Source of the DNA: Pseudoalteromonas translucida KMM 520
GTDB taxonomy: Bacteria; Pseudomonadota; Gammaproteobacteria; Enterobacterales; Alteromonadaceae
Assembly (NCBI RefSeq): GCF_001465295.1
Contig: NZ_CP011034.1
Location: 1,950,001 to 1,982,000 of the forward strand
Length of the DNA: 32,000 nt
Direction: 5' to 3'
Part shown: positions 1 through 13,185 of the stretch, one piece after another
How positions within the stretch are numbered: position 1 is the first letter of the stretch
Layout: every line of letters starts with the position of its first letter
The notes under the pieces: generated by a model
What the model was told of the DNA's origin: nothing
The model's input: the letters and a program-made list of their open reading frames with translations, nothing else
Database searches by the model: none
Position numbers and translations under genes: made by a program

Positions 1-284
1 TAGTCGAGTTGTAAAATTCGGTGCGGTTGTTTAAATAGTAAATAGCCAAATATCTGAATTGCGGCCGGTACTAAATAAGCCAACCAGCCAAAAGTGAGTA
101 ATAATATGTCAGCAATCCAGGCACCTGCAGCGCCAGTAATGTTTTTTACTTCGCTAAAGCTAGTTTGCGACCATGCAGCATCCGCCGGATCAAAGCTGAT
201 TAAGGCACATAAAATAAATATTGCTGTAAAAGTGCTGATTATCAGCCCTGTTTCTAATAGCCTTTGCACACCGTTTAGGCGCAT
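1..284 (-). CDS. ftsK: DNA translocase FtsK, N-terminal membrane segment (partial; the gene runs off the window start)
   Basis: This ORF is absent from the ORF track because it has no stop in the window. A reverse-strand ATG at 284-282 opens an uninterrupted frame to position 1: MRLNGVQRLLETGLIISTFTAIFILCALISFDPADAAWSQTSFSEVKNITGAAGAWIADILLLTFGWLAYLVPAAIQIFGY... This resembles the FtsK N-terminal TM region (SFxPxDxxWSQ ... GxxGAWxAD). It lies directly downstream of lrp on the same strand, as in E. coli. Confidence 0.8.
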   Translation of the reverse strand, partial: MRLNGVQRLLETGLIISTFTAIFILCALISFDPADAAWSQTSFSEVKNITGAAGAWIADILLLTFGWLAYLVPAAIQIFGYLLFKQPHRILQLD

Positions 285-480
285 AATTCCCTATTCCTCT
301 TTATTATTTTACACTCACTTAGCAGTGGAATACCTTAGCAGGAAATGTATTTTGTTGCACTTTATCTTAACCTTGATGGCCTGATTATGAACAAGTTTTT
401 ATAATTTAAACTTATATTATGCGAAACTAATTATAAATTACTATATTAGCCTGTAAATAACACACATATTGTAAATCAGC

Positions 481-966
481 TTAAGCAACATAGGGGCGAA
501 TAATTACGCCTTCCTCGCCTTTTACTTCTTCCATTACTACATAAGTACGACTTTCGCTAACATTGGGTAACTTTAAGAGTATATCGCCCAGTACTCCTCG
601 GTACTCAGACATGTCGTTTACCCGCGTTTTAAGTAAAAAGTCAAAATTACCCGATACTAAATGGCACTCTATTATTTCGTTATGCTTTTTAACTGCGGCA
701 CTAAATTCGTCAAATACATCTGCCGATGTTTTAGTAATAGTTACCTCAACGTATACCGATAAACCTTGGCCAAGCTTAGCCGGATCGACCACTGCCTTGT
801 AACCAAGTATATAACCTTCTCGCTCCAACTTTTTTACACGCTCTAAACACGGTGTCGCACTTAAGCCAACTCGTCGGGCCAGTTCCACATTAGATAGCCG
901 CCCATCCTGTTGTAATTCCACTAATATTTTGCGATCTATTCTATCTAATAGTGTATGCATACTCAC
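481..966 (-). CDS. lrp: Leucine-responsive regulatory protein (Lrp/AsnC family)
   Basis: The 161-aa product has near-collinear similarity to E. coli Lrp (DRIDRKIL..LQ.DGR.SNVEL..RVGLS.TPCLERV..LE..G.I.GY; C-terminal ECHLVSG.FD.LLKTRV.DMS.YR; TYVVMEEVK). It sits upstream of ftsK. Confidence 0.92.
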   Translation of the reverse strand: MSMHTLLDRIDRKILVELQQDGRLSNVELARRVGLSATPCLERVKKLEREGYILGYKAVVDPAKLGQGLSVYVEVTITKTSADVFDEFSAAVKKHNEIIECHLVSGNFDFLLKTRVNDMSEYRGVLGDILLKLPNVSESRTYVVMEEVKGEEGVIIRPYVA

Positions 967-1099
967 CTAGTTTATTATTCTGTTTAAAAGCCAAAAGCAG
1001 ATATTATCACTATAATATGTTAAAAAAAAGGTAAGACACACTGGCAACACATGAATATAATAGTGAAAAAACTTATCCCGTTCTAACAAGGCGAAAATT

Positions 1100-2221
1100 A
1101 TGATTATAGGTGTACCTAAAGAAATTAAAAACCATGAATACCGCGTAGGTATGGTTCCTGCTAGTGTTCGTGAGCTCGTTAATCACGGCCACCAAGTATT
1201 AGTGGAAACAGATGCGGGTATGGGCATTGGCTTTACTAACGATGATTACGTACAAGCCGGTGCTGAAATTTTAGCAACACCTGCTGATGTATTCGCAAAA
1301 GCCGAGATGATAATTAAAGTAAAAGAGCCACAAGCGATTGAACGTGCCATGCTGCGCGAAGATCAGATTCTTTTCACTTACTTACATCTTGCCCCTGATT
1401 TACCACAAACTGAAGACCTAGTTAAAAGCAAAGCAATTTGTATTGCATACGAAACAGTCACAGACTCTCGCGGTGGCCTTCCTCTTTTAGCTCCTATGAG
1501 TGAAGTAGCAGGTCGTATGTCTATTCAAGCAGGCGCACAAGCGCTTGAAAAAATAAATAAAGGCAGTGGTATGTTACTTGGTGGCGTACCGGGCGTTGAG
1601 CCAGCTAAAGTAGTTATTATTGGCGGCGGTATGGTTGGCCGTAGTGCTGCGCTTATGGCGGTTGGTTTAGGTGCAAATGTAGTAATACTTGATCGTAACA
1701 TTGATGTATTACGCGCACTAGACGCACAGTTTGGCAACAAAGTACGCGCTATTTACTCAACTGCCGACGCACTAGAAAAACACGTACTAGAGGCCGATTT
1801 AGTAATTGGCGGTGTACTCATTCCAGGTGCAGCTGCACCTAAACTAGTAACTGCGGAACACATTAAAGCCATGAAGCCAGGCTCTGCAATTGTTGATGTA
1901 GCAATTGACCAAGGTGGTTGTATTGCTACTTCTAAAGCAACTACGCATGCAGATCCTACGTTCATTGTTGATGACGTTGTTCACTATTGTGTTGCTAATA
2001 TGCCGGGCGCTGTGCCACGAACTTCTACGTTTGCACTTAACAATGCAACCTTGCCGTTTATTATTAACCTTGCAAACAAAGGTTATAAAAAGGCATTGCT
2101 TGACGACGCTCACTTCTTAAAAGGCTTAAATGTTATTAAAGGCCAAGTAACTTACAAAGAAGTAGCAGAAGCGTTTAACATGGAATATGTTGATCCTCGC
2201 ACTGCGCTAGAAAACGTTTAA
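1100..2221 (+). CDS. ald: Alanine dehydrogenase
   Basis: The 373-aa product starts MIIGVPKEIKNHEYRVGMVP, which is typical of Ald. It has a Rossmann motif VVIIGGGMVG and an AGGcgaaaattATG ribosome-binding context. It is divergent from lrp. Confidence 0.95.
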   Translation: MIIGVPKEIKNHEYRVGMVPASVRELVNHGHQVLVETDAGMGIGFTNDDYVQAGAEILATPADVFAKAEMIIKVKEPQAIERAMLREDQILFTYLHLAPDLPQTEDLVKSKAICIAYETVTDSRGGLPLLAPMSEVAGRMSIQAGAQALEKINKGSGMLLGGVPGVEPAKVVIIGGGMVGRSAALMAVGLGANVVILDRNIDVLRALDAQFGNKVRAIYSTADALEKHVLEADLVIGGVLIPGAAAPKLVTAEHIKAMKPGSAIVDVAIDQGGCIATSKATTHADPTFIVDDVVHYCVANMPGAVPRTSTFALNNATLPFIINLANKGYKKALLDDAHFLKGLNVIKGQVTYKEVAEAFNMEYVDPRTALENV

Positions 2222-2230
2222 TTTAGCGTA

Positions 2231-2262
2231 AAGCACTCAAGCATTAACTTACTTGAGTGCTT
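2231..2262 (+). terminator. Hairpin downstream of ald (11-bp stem AAGCACTCAAG/CTTGAGTGCTT)
   Basis: A perfect 11-bp inverted repeat lies 10 nt after the ald stop. The T-tract is weak (TTTAAACTTT). Confidence 0.45.
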
Positions 2263-2291
2263 TAAACTTTAGAGTAAACATTAGTGCAAAC

Positions 2292-2318
2292 AAAAAGCAG
2301 CTATTAAGCTGCTTTTTT
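2292..2318. terminator. Bidirectional rho-independent terminator between convergent ald and pssA
   Basis: The sequence AAAAAGCAGC-tattaa-GCTGCTTTTTT has a GC-containing stem flanked by an A-run and a T-run, so it can terminate in both directions. Confidence 0.65.
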
Positions 2319-2349
2319 ATTGTATAGATTTAAATTTATACCAATTACT

Positions 2350-3675
2350 TTATATAAAGCGTTTAATTATAAAATCTACTTTTACACGCTTTGCTTGGCC
2401 AAGTAACTTTTTAACCGCTTGCGGATAATCGTCCATGGTTTCTAAATCATCTGGGCCAGTTAAACGGCGACAGTGTTGTAGGATTTCTTGCTTTTCGTTG
2501 TCAATATCTTGCATTATTGTTTGCTGTGGATCTTCAATTAAAATACCATTTTCAACATCTAGTCCCCACGCCCGTGGGTTAAGGTTATGACCGCTGAGTA
2601 AATGTACTTTTCTGTCTGAGCAAATGCCTTTTAAATGAAACGAATTACTGTCGTGCTTCCATAAATAAACGTTTAAATTACCGTTATCAATGTGGCGTTT
2701 TTGTGTTTTAACAAATTTATACAAAATAGTTTCGTATAAATACGGCAACGCGCCTATTTTACTAAATGGCTCGCTAGGCGGTACATAAAAGTCGTTAGCG
2801 GTTTTATCGCCCACTACAATAGTAACTTGCTTACCTTGTTTTAATAGCCGGCGTAATGAGCGCATTAATGGCGCCGGAAAATTAAAGTAAGGCGTATACA
2901 ACACCAGCTCTTGCTCGGTGGCGTCAAACATAGTTTTAATTAAACGATTAAGTTCGTTATTGCGTCGCCCTAATCCTAAAAACAAACGAATACCTAAGGG
3001 CTGAGTATTATGCAGCTCGGCGCTGTTATACCTTGCTGTTTTTAAATCACGCATTAATTGCTTTTGATCTAATCTAAAATCATTAAGCTTTGGCAACGGG
3101 CGGCTATCAATACGCGGCACTGCATTTGAGCTAAGTAATGTTGTTTCAATAAAGTCTATTACAGCATCGCACAGCGCGTTTTGCGTAACTAAAAAGTAAC
3201 GATCGAGGCGGTAACGGTCGTTATACTCTAAATACACATTATTTATGCTCGCGCCGCTATAAAGCAAGGTGTCGTCAATTACAAAACCTTTTAAATGCAA
3301 TACGCCAAATAACTCTTTCGCTTTTACGGGTACGCCATATACCTGCACGTTCGATTGAAACTTTTCGAGGTAATCACAATATAAACTGGCATTCCCCTCA
3401 GATTTTTCGGCGCCAATAAGGCCACGTTGCGCGCGATGAAAATCTACCAGCACTTTTATTTCAAGTGCAGGGTTGGCTAATGACACCTGGTGCAGTGCCT
3501 CTAAAACTTCACGTCCTGCTTCATCATCTTGTAAATAAAGCGTGGTTATATAAATTCGTTTTTTTGCGTTGGCAATTAAACGTAGCAATTGCGTACGGTA
3601 CTCTTGCGCATTGGTTAAGACGTTAAGGTCTTTTGAAGTCAACCCAAATGCGGGTTTTTCCTGCCAAAATAACAT
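2350..3675 (-). CDS. pssA: CDP-diacylglycerol--serine O-phosphatidyltransferase (phosphatidylserine synthase, PLD-type)
   Basis: The 441-aa product has two HxKxxxxD (HKD) motifs, HLKGFVID and HLKGICSD. Long collinear blocks match E. coli PssA (VLVDFHRAQRG, YSGASINNVYL, IVVGDKTANDFY.P..EPF..IGALPYLYE, NLNPRAW.LD.EN.ILI.DP). Confidence 0.92.
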   Translation of the reverse strand: MLFWQEKPAFGLTSKDLNVLTNAQEYRTQLLRLIANAKKRIYITTLYLQDDEAGREVLEALHQVSLANPALEIKVLVDFHRAQRGLIGAEKSEGNASLYCDYLEKFQSNVQVYGVPVKAKELFGVLHLKGFVIDDTLLYSGASINNVYLEYNDRYRLDRYFLVTQNALCDAVIDFIETTLLSSNAVPRIDSRPLPKLNDFRLDQKQLMRDLKTARYNSAELHNTQPLGIRLFLGLGRRNNELNRLIKTMFDATEQELVLYTPYFNFPAPLMRSLRRLLKQGKQVTIVVGDKTANDFYVPPSEPFSKIGALPYLYETILYKFVKTQKRHIDNGNLNVYLWKHDSNSFHLKGICSDRKVHLLSGHNLNPRAWGLDVENGILIEDPQQTIMQDIDNEKQEILQHCRRLTGPDDLETMDDYPQAVKKLLGQAKRVKVDFIIKRFI

Positions 3676-3954
3676 AGTTGCCTATTCACTTAGGTCACAT
3701 AATCTTTCAGTGACAAATCAAAATTAGGTAAAACATATCAAAAAAAATCAAACCGGTCATGAATTAACGCAGTTTTGTTGCGTATTAGTCTGTTTATTGA
3801 ACTAATTTTACTTATTAGACATAAATTACTCCATTTTAAGTACACAATATTGCACAGCTTTAAAATTTGTTAAAAAAATTAATCACGGATTTTGTTTACT
3901 TCCTGCTTGTTTTTCTTAGAATCGAGCGCATTACAGAGTGAATTAAACGTTTAG

Positions 3955-4914
<960 letters not shown>

Positions 4915-4931
4915 GCAGTTAAGTGTTTAGT

Positions 4932-4959
4932 AAAAAGGCTGATAAATCAGCCTTTTTTT
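4932..4959 (+). terminator. Rho-independent terminator of trxB
   Basis: The sequence AAAAAGGCTGA-taaa-TCAGCCTTTTTTT lies 18 nt after the trxB stop. Confidence 0.75.
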
Positions 4960-5010
4960 ATGCCTAAATTATAGTTACACTTTTGTTATTCGTTTTTATT
5001 GAAGTATTGT

Positions 5011-5727
5011 ATGAAAAAACAGCTGTACCAGCTAAGTAATACCGATATAGCATTTCCTCCTATAGAGTGCGCACTCGACTCCCCCGACGGTTTACTCGCT
5101 ATTGGTGGCGATTTAAGTTTAGCACGGCTTAGTAACGCTTATAATAATGGTATATTTCCGTGGTTTAGCGAAGACGAGCCAATAATGTGGTGGTCGCCCA
5201 GCGAGCGCGGCATTGTAGAGCTCGATAATTTTCATATTAGTAAAAGCCTGCGCAAGCATTTAAAAAAGCACCCGGTCACCGTTACTATTAATAATGCCTT
5301 TATTGAAGTAATTGAAGCATGCTGCGAGCAACGCATTGATACCGATGGTACGTGGATCACCTCTGACATGCTCACTGCGTACATTAACGCCCACAACGCA
5401 GGCATTGCCCATAGTGTAGAAGTGTGGCGCGAGGGAGAGCTTGCAGGTGGCTTATATGGCATTATGCAAAACGGTGTGTTTTGTGGCGAGTCAATGTTTC
5501 ATCATCAAACAAACTGCTCTAAGCTGGCTATGTGGGCGTTAGTTAATTGGCTTAAGCGCCATAACGCGCATTTTATTGATTGTCAGCTCGAAAACCCCTA
5601 TTTAATGTCGTTAGGAGCAACAGTGATCCCACGCCCTGCATTTTTAGCTAAACTACACGCAGCGCAAAATTATAAAGTAGACCCTGCTATGTGGATACCA
5701 CAGGAGCTTAACGCTATTTATGAATGA
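5011..5727 (+). CDS. aat: Leucyl/phenylalanyl-tRNA--protein transferase
   Basis: The product is collinear with E. coli Aat (IAFP....AL..P.GLLA.GGDLS..RL..AY..GIFPWF....PI.WWSP; GTWIT; HS.EVWRE.EL.GG.YG; FCGESMF). The track ORF starts at TTG 4999, but the first ATG at 5011 (MKKQLYQLS...) fits the homologue N-terminus better. Confidence 0.9.
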   Translation: MKKQLYQLSNTDIAFPPIECALDSPDGLLAIGGDLSLARLSNAYNNGIFPWFSEDEPIMWWSPSERGIVELDNFHISKSLRKHLKKHPVTVTINNAFIEVIEACCEQRIDTDGTWITSDMLTAYINAHNAGIAHSVEVWREGELAGGLYGIMQNGVFCGESMFHHQTNCSKLAMWALVNWLKRHNAHFIDCQLENPYLMSLGATVIPRPAFLAKLHAAQNYKVDPAMWIPQELNAIYE

Positions 5728-6424
5728 ACATATTCCTGCACGCGCTGGTTTAAGCCAAGAGTTTGCTTGTAGTTATTTACCCAACCGCCAAGAGCAGTTA
5801 TTGGTCATTCTTGATCCAAGTTGCTACAGCAGCGATAAGTTTGAGTCTTTGCTGGCGTTAGGTTTTCGTCGCAGCGGTAACCAAATTTACCGCCCACACT
5901 GTCCAACTTGCAGCGCATGTAGCTCTGTACGTGTATTAGTACAAGAGTTTATTGAGACAAAATCGCACAAACGTAAACTAAACAAAGCAAAAACACGCTT
6001 TGAGGTTAAATATTCTAATCAAGAGCGCCCGCAATACTACGCGCTGTACAGTAAATATATTAGTTTGCGCCATCAAGACGGTAGTATGTATCCTCCTGAT
6101 AAAACACAGTTTCAGAGTTTTTTATTATGCAGTTGGTTAAACATCACTTTTATAGAGCTTTGGGATCAAGATAATTTAGTTGCAGTTGCTGTAACTGATT
6201 GTATGGACAAGGCTATTTCAGCTATTTATACTTTTTTTGACCCCGACTATGAGCAGTATAGTTTGGGCACTGTGATGATTTTACAGCAGCTAATATTTGC
6301 TAAAGCGCAAAATAAGCACTATGTGTACTTGGGCTACCAAATAGACGAATGCCCTAAAATGAACTACAAAACGCAATTTTTACCGGCGCAAAAACAAGTC
6401 AAAGACCAGTGGTTGACTATTTAA
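5720..6424 (+). CDS. bpt: Arginyl-tRNA--protein transferase family protein (Bpt/Ate; in Vibrio the homologue acts as an Asp/Glu-specific leucyltransferase)
   Basis: The 234-aa product has YLP.R......LDP......Y..L...GFRRSG...YRP.C..C.AC...R, the signature of the ATE N/C domains. Its start overlaps the aat stop (ATGAATGA, 8-nt overlap), indicating an operon with aat. Confidence 0.85.
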   Translation: MNEHIPARAGLSQEFACSYLPNRQEQLLVILDPSCYSSDKFESLLALGFRRSGNQIYRPHCPTCSACSSVRVLVQEFIETKSHKRKLNKAKTRFEVKYSNQERPQYYALYSKYISLRHQDGSMYPPDKTQFQSFLLCSWLNITFIELWDQDNLVAVAVTDCMDKAISAIYTFFDPDYEQYSLGTVMILQQLIFAKAQNKHYVYLGYQIDECPKMNYKTQFLPAQKQVKDQWLTI

Positions 6425-6496
6425 TTTGCAAAAATAGCCGCTGCGCCTTTACTTATTGGCGTATTTTGGGCAGAATCTGCAGCGTTTAACTATTAA

Positions 6497-6733
<237 letters not shown>

Positions 6734-6786
6734 GTAAGTGCGTAAACGAGATTTAGTTTTTGGCTAGTGCTTCACTAGCTTTAAGC

Positions 6787-6837
6787 GTTTATTAAATGTA
6801 ATTGATGGATATTAACTAGCAATTACATTTAATAAAC
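6787..6837. repeat. Perfect 18-bp inverted repeat (GTTTATTAAATGTAATTG / CAATTACATTTAATAAAC) with a 15-nt loop
   Basis: I verified the reverse complement by hand. It lies between infA and its terminator, is AT-rich, and has no obvious coding role. Confidence 0.8.
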
Positions 6838-6864
6838 AAAAAACCCAGCCTTGCTGGGTTTTTT
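6838..6864 (+). terminator. Rho-independent terminator (infA side)
   Basis: The sequence AAAACCCAGC-ctt-GCTGGGTTTTTT has a stem plus a T-run. Confidence 0.75.
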
Positions 6865-6885
6865 GTTGTCTATAAAACATTACAA

Positions 6886-6917
6886 AAAAAGGCCTGCTTT
6901 TAAAAGCAGGCCTTTTT
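6886..6917. terminator. Bidirectional rho-independent terminator (clpA side)
   Basis: The sequence AAAAAGGCCTGCTTTTAAAAGCAGGCCTTTTT is a perfect palindrome 27 nt downstream of the clpA stop (minus strand). Confidence 0.8.
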
Positions 6918-6943
6918 ATTTAACTCATTTAGCGCATATTAAA

Positions 6944-9205
6944 CTAAGCTGGAGTTAAATCGCTTTCGTAATCAAAGCGTATTTTTTTATCTTTAACCGA
7001 TACTTTAACCGTACCGCCTTCAACAAGTTCACCAAAGAGTATTTCGTTGGCTAATGGTTTTTTAAGCTGCTCTTGGATAATACGTGCCATAGGACGTGCA
7101 CCCATGGCTTTGTCATAACCTTTGTCAGCCAACCATTCACGCGCTTTAGCACTAAGCTCAAGATTAACTGATTTTTTATCCAGTTGCGCCTGAAGCTCCA
7201 CAATAAACTTATCAACCACGAGTAAAATAACGTCTTTATCAAGGTGATTAAACCAAATAATGTTATCTAAACGGTTTCTAAATTCTGGTGAAAATACTTT
7301 ATTAATTTCACCCATTGCATCGTGCGTATGGTCTTGCTCGCTAAAACCAATTGATGCGCGCGTTGTTTCTTGCACACCCGCATTGGTGGTCATTACCACG
7401 ACTACATTTCTAAAATCGGCTTTGCGACCGTTATTATCAGTTAATGTACCGTGATCCATTACTTGCAACAATATGTTGTAAATATCTGGATGCGCTTTTT
7501 CAATCTCATCTAACAGTACTACCGCATGCGGGTTTTTAATTACCGCTTCAGTGAGTAAACCACCTTGCTCAAAACCAACATAACCTGGTGGCGCACCAAT
7601 TAGTCGACTTATTGCATGGCGCTCTACGTACTCCGACATATCAAAGCGAATAAACTCAACACCCATACATTTAGCTAGCTGTTTAGTAACCTCGGTTTTG
7701 CCTACCCCTGTTGGGCCTGCAAATAAGAACGACCCTACTGGTTTTTCTTCGTTGGCTAAACCAGAGCGCGATAAGCGAATAGCCGATGTAAGCGCATCAA
7801 TAGATTGATCTTGCCCAAACACCAACATTTTTAAATTGCGGTCTAAGTTTTTTAGCGTTTCTTTGTCGCTAGATGACACACTTTGCGGTGGAATACGCGC
7901 CATTTTAGCCACAATGTTTTCTATATCGGCAACACCAATGGTTTTTTTACGTTTAGAGCTAGGCAGTAAACGTTGGCTTGCACCGGCTTCGTCGATTACG
8001 TCAATTGCTTTGTCGGGCAAATGGCGTTCATTAATATATTTTGCACTTAGCTCTGCCGCTGCTTTTAACGCTTTTTGCGTATAACGAATACCATGGTGCG
8101 CTTCGTAACGCTCTTTTAAACCATTTAATATTTTAGTGGTATCGGCAACACTCGGCTCAAGCACATCAATTTTTTGAAAGCGACGTACCAAGGCGCGGTC
8201 TTTCTCAAAAATATTTTTATACTCGTTATAAGTTGTCGACCCCATACAACGTAATTGCCCACTAGAGAGCAGTGGCTTAAGTAAGTTTGATGCATCCATA
8301 ACTCCACCCGATGCCGCGCCGGCACCAATAATGGTATGAATTTCATCAATAAATAAAATAGAACCCGGTTGTGCTTGCAACTCTTTTAGTAAGCTTTTAA
8401 AGCGTTTTTCAAAATCGCCACGGTACTTAGTACCTGCCAATAATGCGCCCATATCAAGCGAGTAAACAACTGCATCGGCAATTACTTCGGGTACTTGCTT
8501 ATTTACAATACGATACGCTAGGCCTTCTGCAATTGCTGTTTTACCAACACCTGCTTCGCCTACTAATAATGGGTTGTTCTTTTTACGACGACACAACACC
8601 TGTACAGTGCGCTCTACTTCACTATCGCGCCCTATTAATGGGTCAATGTGACCTTCAAGCGCTTGTACGTTTAAATTAGTGGTAAAGCTGTCGAGCTTGC
8701 TCGCTTCTTCGCTTTGCACTTCTTGTACGTCTTCGTGAATATCGTCGGTGTCATCGCCTAATTCATCATCGCCTTTGGCAATGCCATGCGAAATAAAATT
8801 AACGATATCGAGACGTGATATATCGTGTTTTTTAAGTAAATATACTGCTTGGCTTTCTTGTTCAGAAAAAATAGCCACCAGCACATTTACGCCTGTCACT
8901 TCGTTTTTACCTGATGATTGCACATGAAAAACAGCACGTTGCAATACACGTTGAAAACCAAGTGTTGGCTGAGTTTCACGCTCTTCTTCTAAATCTGGAA
9001 TAACCGGCGTGGTTTCGTTAATAAACTCAAGTAATTCAGTTTTTAACTCTGCAACATTTACTGCACAGGCACTTAGCGCTTCCCCAGCAGATGGATTGTC
9101 CAAAAGCGCAAGTAAAAGGTGTTCTACCGTCATAAACTCATGACGACGTGTACGCGCTTCGCGAAACGCGCTGTTCAAAGTAAGTTCTAAATCTTTATTT
9201 AGCAT
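6944..9205 (-). CDS. clpA: ATP-dependent Clp protease ATP-binding subunit ClpA
   Basis: The product has two AAA+ modules with Walker A motifs GEAGVGKT and GPTGVGKT, and an N-terminus [35 protein letters not shown] like E. coli ClpA. The track starts at TTG 9211. I prefer ATG 9205, which is preceded by AAGGGG. Confidence 0.97.
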   Translation of the reverse strand: MLNKDLELTLNSAFREARTRRHEFMTVEHLLLALLDNPSAGEALSACAVNVAELKTELLEFINETTPVIPDLEEERETQPTLGFQRVLQRAVFHVQSSGKNEVTGVNVLVAIFSEQESQAVYLLKKHDISRLDIVNFISHGIAKGDDELGDDTDDIHEDVQEVQSEEASKLDSFTTNLNVQALEGHIDPLIGRDSEVERTVQVLCRRKKNNPLLVGEAGVGKTAIAEGLAYRIVNKQVPEVIADAVVYSLDMGALLAGTKYRGDFEKRFKSLLKELQAQPGSILFIDEIHTIIGAGAASGGVMDASNLLKPLLSSGQLRCMGSTTYNEYKNIFEKDRALVRRFQKIDVLEPSVADTTKILNGLKERYEAHHGIRYTQKALKAAAELSAKYINERHLPDKAIDVIDEAGASQRLLPSSKRKKTIGVADIENIVAKMARIPPQSVSSSDKETLKNLDRNLKMLVFGQDQSIDALTSAIRLSRSGLANEEKPVGSFLFAGPTGVGKTEVTKQLAKCMGVEFIRFDMSEYVERHAISRLIGAPPGYVGFEQGGLLTEAVIKNPHAVVLLDEIEKAHPDIYNILLQVMDHGTLTDNNGRKADFRNVVVVMTTNAGVQETTRASIGFSEQDHTHDAMGEINKVFSPEFRNRLDNIIWFNHLDKDVILLVVDKFIVELQAQLDKKSVNLELSAKAREWLADKGYDKAMGARPMARIIQEQLKKPLANEILFGELVEGGTVKVSVKDKKIRFDYESDLTPA

Positions 9206-9273
9206 TGGCAACCCCTTACAGAGATAATAATTTTATACCATTACAATCGAACGAAAGATCATTCGCTTGGTAT

Positions 9274-9591
9274 TTATTCCTGCTCACAACTACATAGCAG
9301 TGGATGCTCGTTATCCCTTGAATATCGGTTAACTTGTTCAGCTTTTGTATGGGCTACATCTGAGCTAAATACGCCACAGATCCCCTTCCCTTGTTGATGA
9401 ATTTGCAGCATCACGTCGGTTGCTCTATCGCTATCCATATTAAAAAACGTCATCAGGATCTCTATCACAAAATCCATTGGCGTGTAATCGTCGTTATTTA
9501 AAACAACTTTATATTTTCGCGGTGGTTGCAGCTTTTGCTTTTCCTTGTCGCGAACGATGTCTATAACACCTGAATCTTTCATACCACTCAT
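9274..9591 (-). CDS. clpS: ATP-dependent Clp protease adaptor / N-recognin ClpS
   Basis: The 105-aa product has KPP..YKV.L.NDDYTPM.FVI..L..FF......AT..ML..H..GK.ICGVF...VA.TK...VN.Y.R.NEHPLLC. It lies immediately upstream of clpA. Confidence 0.95.
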   Translation of the reverse strand: MSGMKDSGVIDIVRDKEKQKLQPPRKYKVVLNNDDYTPMDFVIEILMTFFNMDSDRATDVMLQIHQQGKGICGVFSSDVAHTKAEQVNRYSRDNEHPLLCSCEQE

Positions 9592-9790
9592 AATTAAATA
9601 TAGTCTTGTCTTAGTAACTCAAGCAAACTTGAATAAAAAATAAATAAAATGTTAATAAATAGATCAAAACACTTGACTGACTGGCTAAATAAACTACAGT
9701 CAAACATAGATTGATTAAACCTTAGTCAGTCTAGCAAATTATACAGTTTAGATTAACTAAATTAGTGAACTTATAGAAGGATGTAGAAGT

Positions 9791-10009
9791 ATGGCTTGTG
9801 GTAAAGTCAAATGGTTCAATAATGCCAAAGGTTTCGGTTTCATCGTAGAAGACGGCTGCGAGAATGATATTTTCGCTCATTACTCAACAATTGTAATGGA
9901 CGGCTATAAAACACTTAAAGCTGGTCAAGATGTAACATTCGAATTAGAACAAGGCCCTAAAGGCTTACACGCTAAAAATATAGCGCCCAACGGTGATATT
10001 ATTGAGTGA
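9791..10009 (+). CDS. cspD: Cold-shock domain protein CspD
   Basis: The 72-aa product has G.VKWFNNAKGFGFI....G..DIFAHYSTI.MDGY.TLKAGQ.V.F....GPKG.HA, which is the CspD-type NNAKG signature. It is divergent from clpS, as in E. coli. Confidence 0.9.
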   Translation: MACGKVKWFNNAKGFGFIVEDGCENDIFAHYSTIVMDGYKTLKAGQDVTFELEQGPKGLHAKNIAPNGDIIE

Positions 10010-10730
10010 CTGTTATTTTGTTCTACTAAAGCGAGTGACCTGCTTAGATCCTCGCTTAATTCCTTCAACATCTTTTTTATCATCTCTTCTTCTGTATTAA
10101 TAGCCTCATTATCTGCAAATTCAACCCTTCTCCTTGAATTTATTTTATCTACCCCAATATTTTCTGTATTGAATGTTAAATATCAATTTGTATTAAATAC
10201 GCGAACATACCAATAACGTTAAATTAATTAGTTATTTCGGCGCAAAAAAATGGCTCAACAATAGGGTTAAATAATGTATACCATTGTTTTACCTTAGTTA
10301 TTTTAAAAGTGACAAGTAAGCCATTTAATACGCTAGCATGCTCGTATTTTTAAGAAAATTGGCATTAACTATAACGGCAAGTAAAAAAGCTTAATAATTA
10401 AGCATAAATTTAAATGTATAGTTATTCTATATAAAAATTTTTAATGTCGATTATGAAACTTTTAGTCCGTTAGAACGATCAATGTTTTTAATTCAATTGG
10501 TATAACTACTTGGATGGTGCTTGCAAAAACTAGCCCTTTTAAACCAAGCTTGTTACACTCTTTACCCTAAAAATAACGTATTAACGCTAGCCTAAAGGCT
10601 AATTTATTTTTATTAAATGTTTAGTTATAAATACGGTACTAGCTGGTCAGGTGTGACTATTTTGCTTTATATAAATATAGGGCAATAAACACCTAACTGA
10701 CTGCTCGTTGCTCCATTATTAACGCTTTAA

Positions 10731-13031
<2,301 letters not shown>

Positions 13032-13046
13032 TATTGAATTAAATTT

Positions 13047-13082
13047 AAAAGCCGCTTACTTGCAAAAGTAAGCGGCTTTTTT
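13047..13082 (+). terminator. Rho-independent terminator of icd
   Basis: The sequence AAAAGCCGCTTACT-tgcaaa-AGTAAGCGGCTTTTTT has a 10-bp GC-containing stem plus a T6 run. Confidence 0.85.
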
Positions 13083-13101
13083 GTGTCTAAATTTTACAAA
13101 T

Positions 13102-13137
13102 AAAAAGGCCGCTATTTATAAAATAGCGGCCTTTTTT
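13102..13137. terminator. Bidirectional terminator between icd and the convergent amidohydrolase operon
   Basis: The sequence AAAAAGGCCGCTATTT-ata-AAATAGCGGCCTTTTTT is flanked by A and T runs. Confidence 0.8.
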
Positions 13138-13185
13138 AGTAGTAGCTTCAACCCCAATATATAGGATGTTTAGCTTAGTTTCTGA

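Noticed and set aside
94-384. A 96-aa plus-strand ORF from the track at the window start.
   Set aside because: It lies antisense to a much better-supported reverse-strand frame (284 to 1) encoding the FtsK N-terminal membrane domain. The plus-strand product has no recognisable features and no RBS.
448-470. A possible LexA/SOS box upstream of ftsK (CTGTAAATAACACACA). E. coli ftsK has an SOS-inducible promoter.
   Set aside because: Only one half-site matches CTGT-N8-ACAG, because the distal half is CACA. The sequence does not meet the consensus.
4999-5010. Upstream alternative starts are given by the ORF track: TTG 4999 for aat, TTG 10767 for icd, TTG 9211 for clpA and GTG 19174 for the CPXCG protein.
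   Set aside because: For aat, clpA and icd, the homologue N-termini as I recall them fit the downstream ATGs (5011, 9205, 10803-10809). For clpA, icd and the CPXCG protein, a Shine-Dalgarno sequence precedes the downstream ATG (9205, 10809, 19180).
7051-8679. Several 60-80-aa ORFs lie inside or antisense to clpA. Comparable ORFs lie inside ald, icd, the amidohydrolase genes, norM, brxL, pglZ and the helicase/HEPN region (e.g. 26422-26712, 27978-28280, 29720-29935).
   Set aside because: All are embedded in or antisense to long, confidently identified genes. Their products have biased, non-protein-like sequences. They are shadow ORFs.
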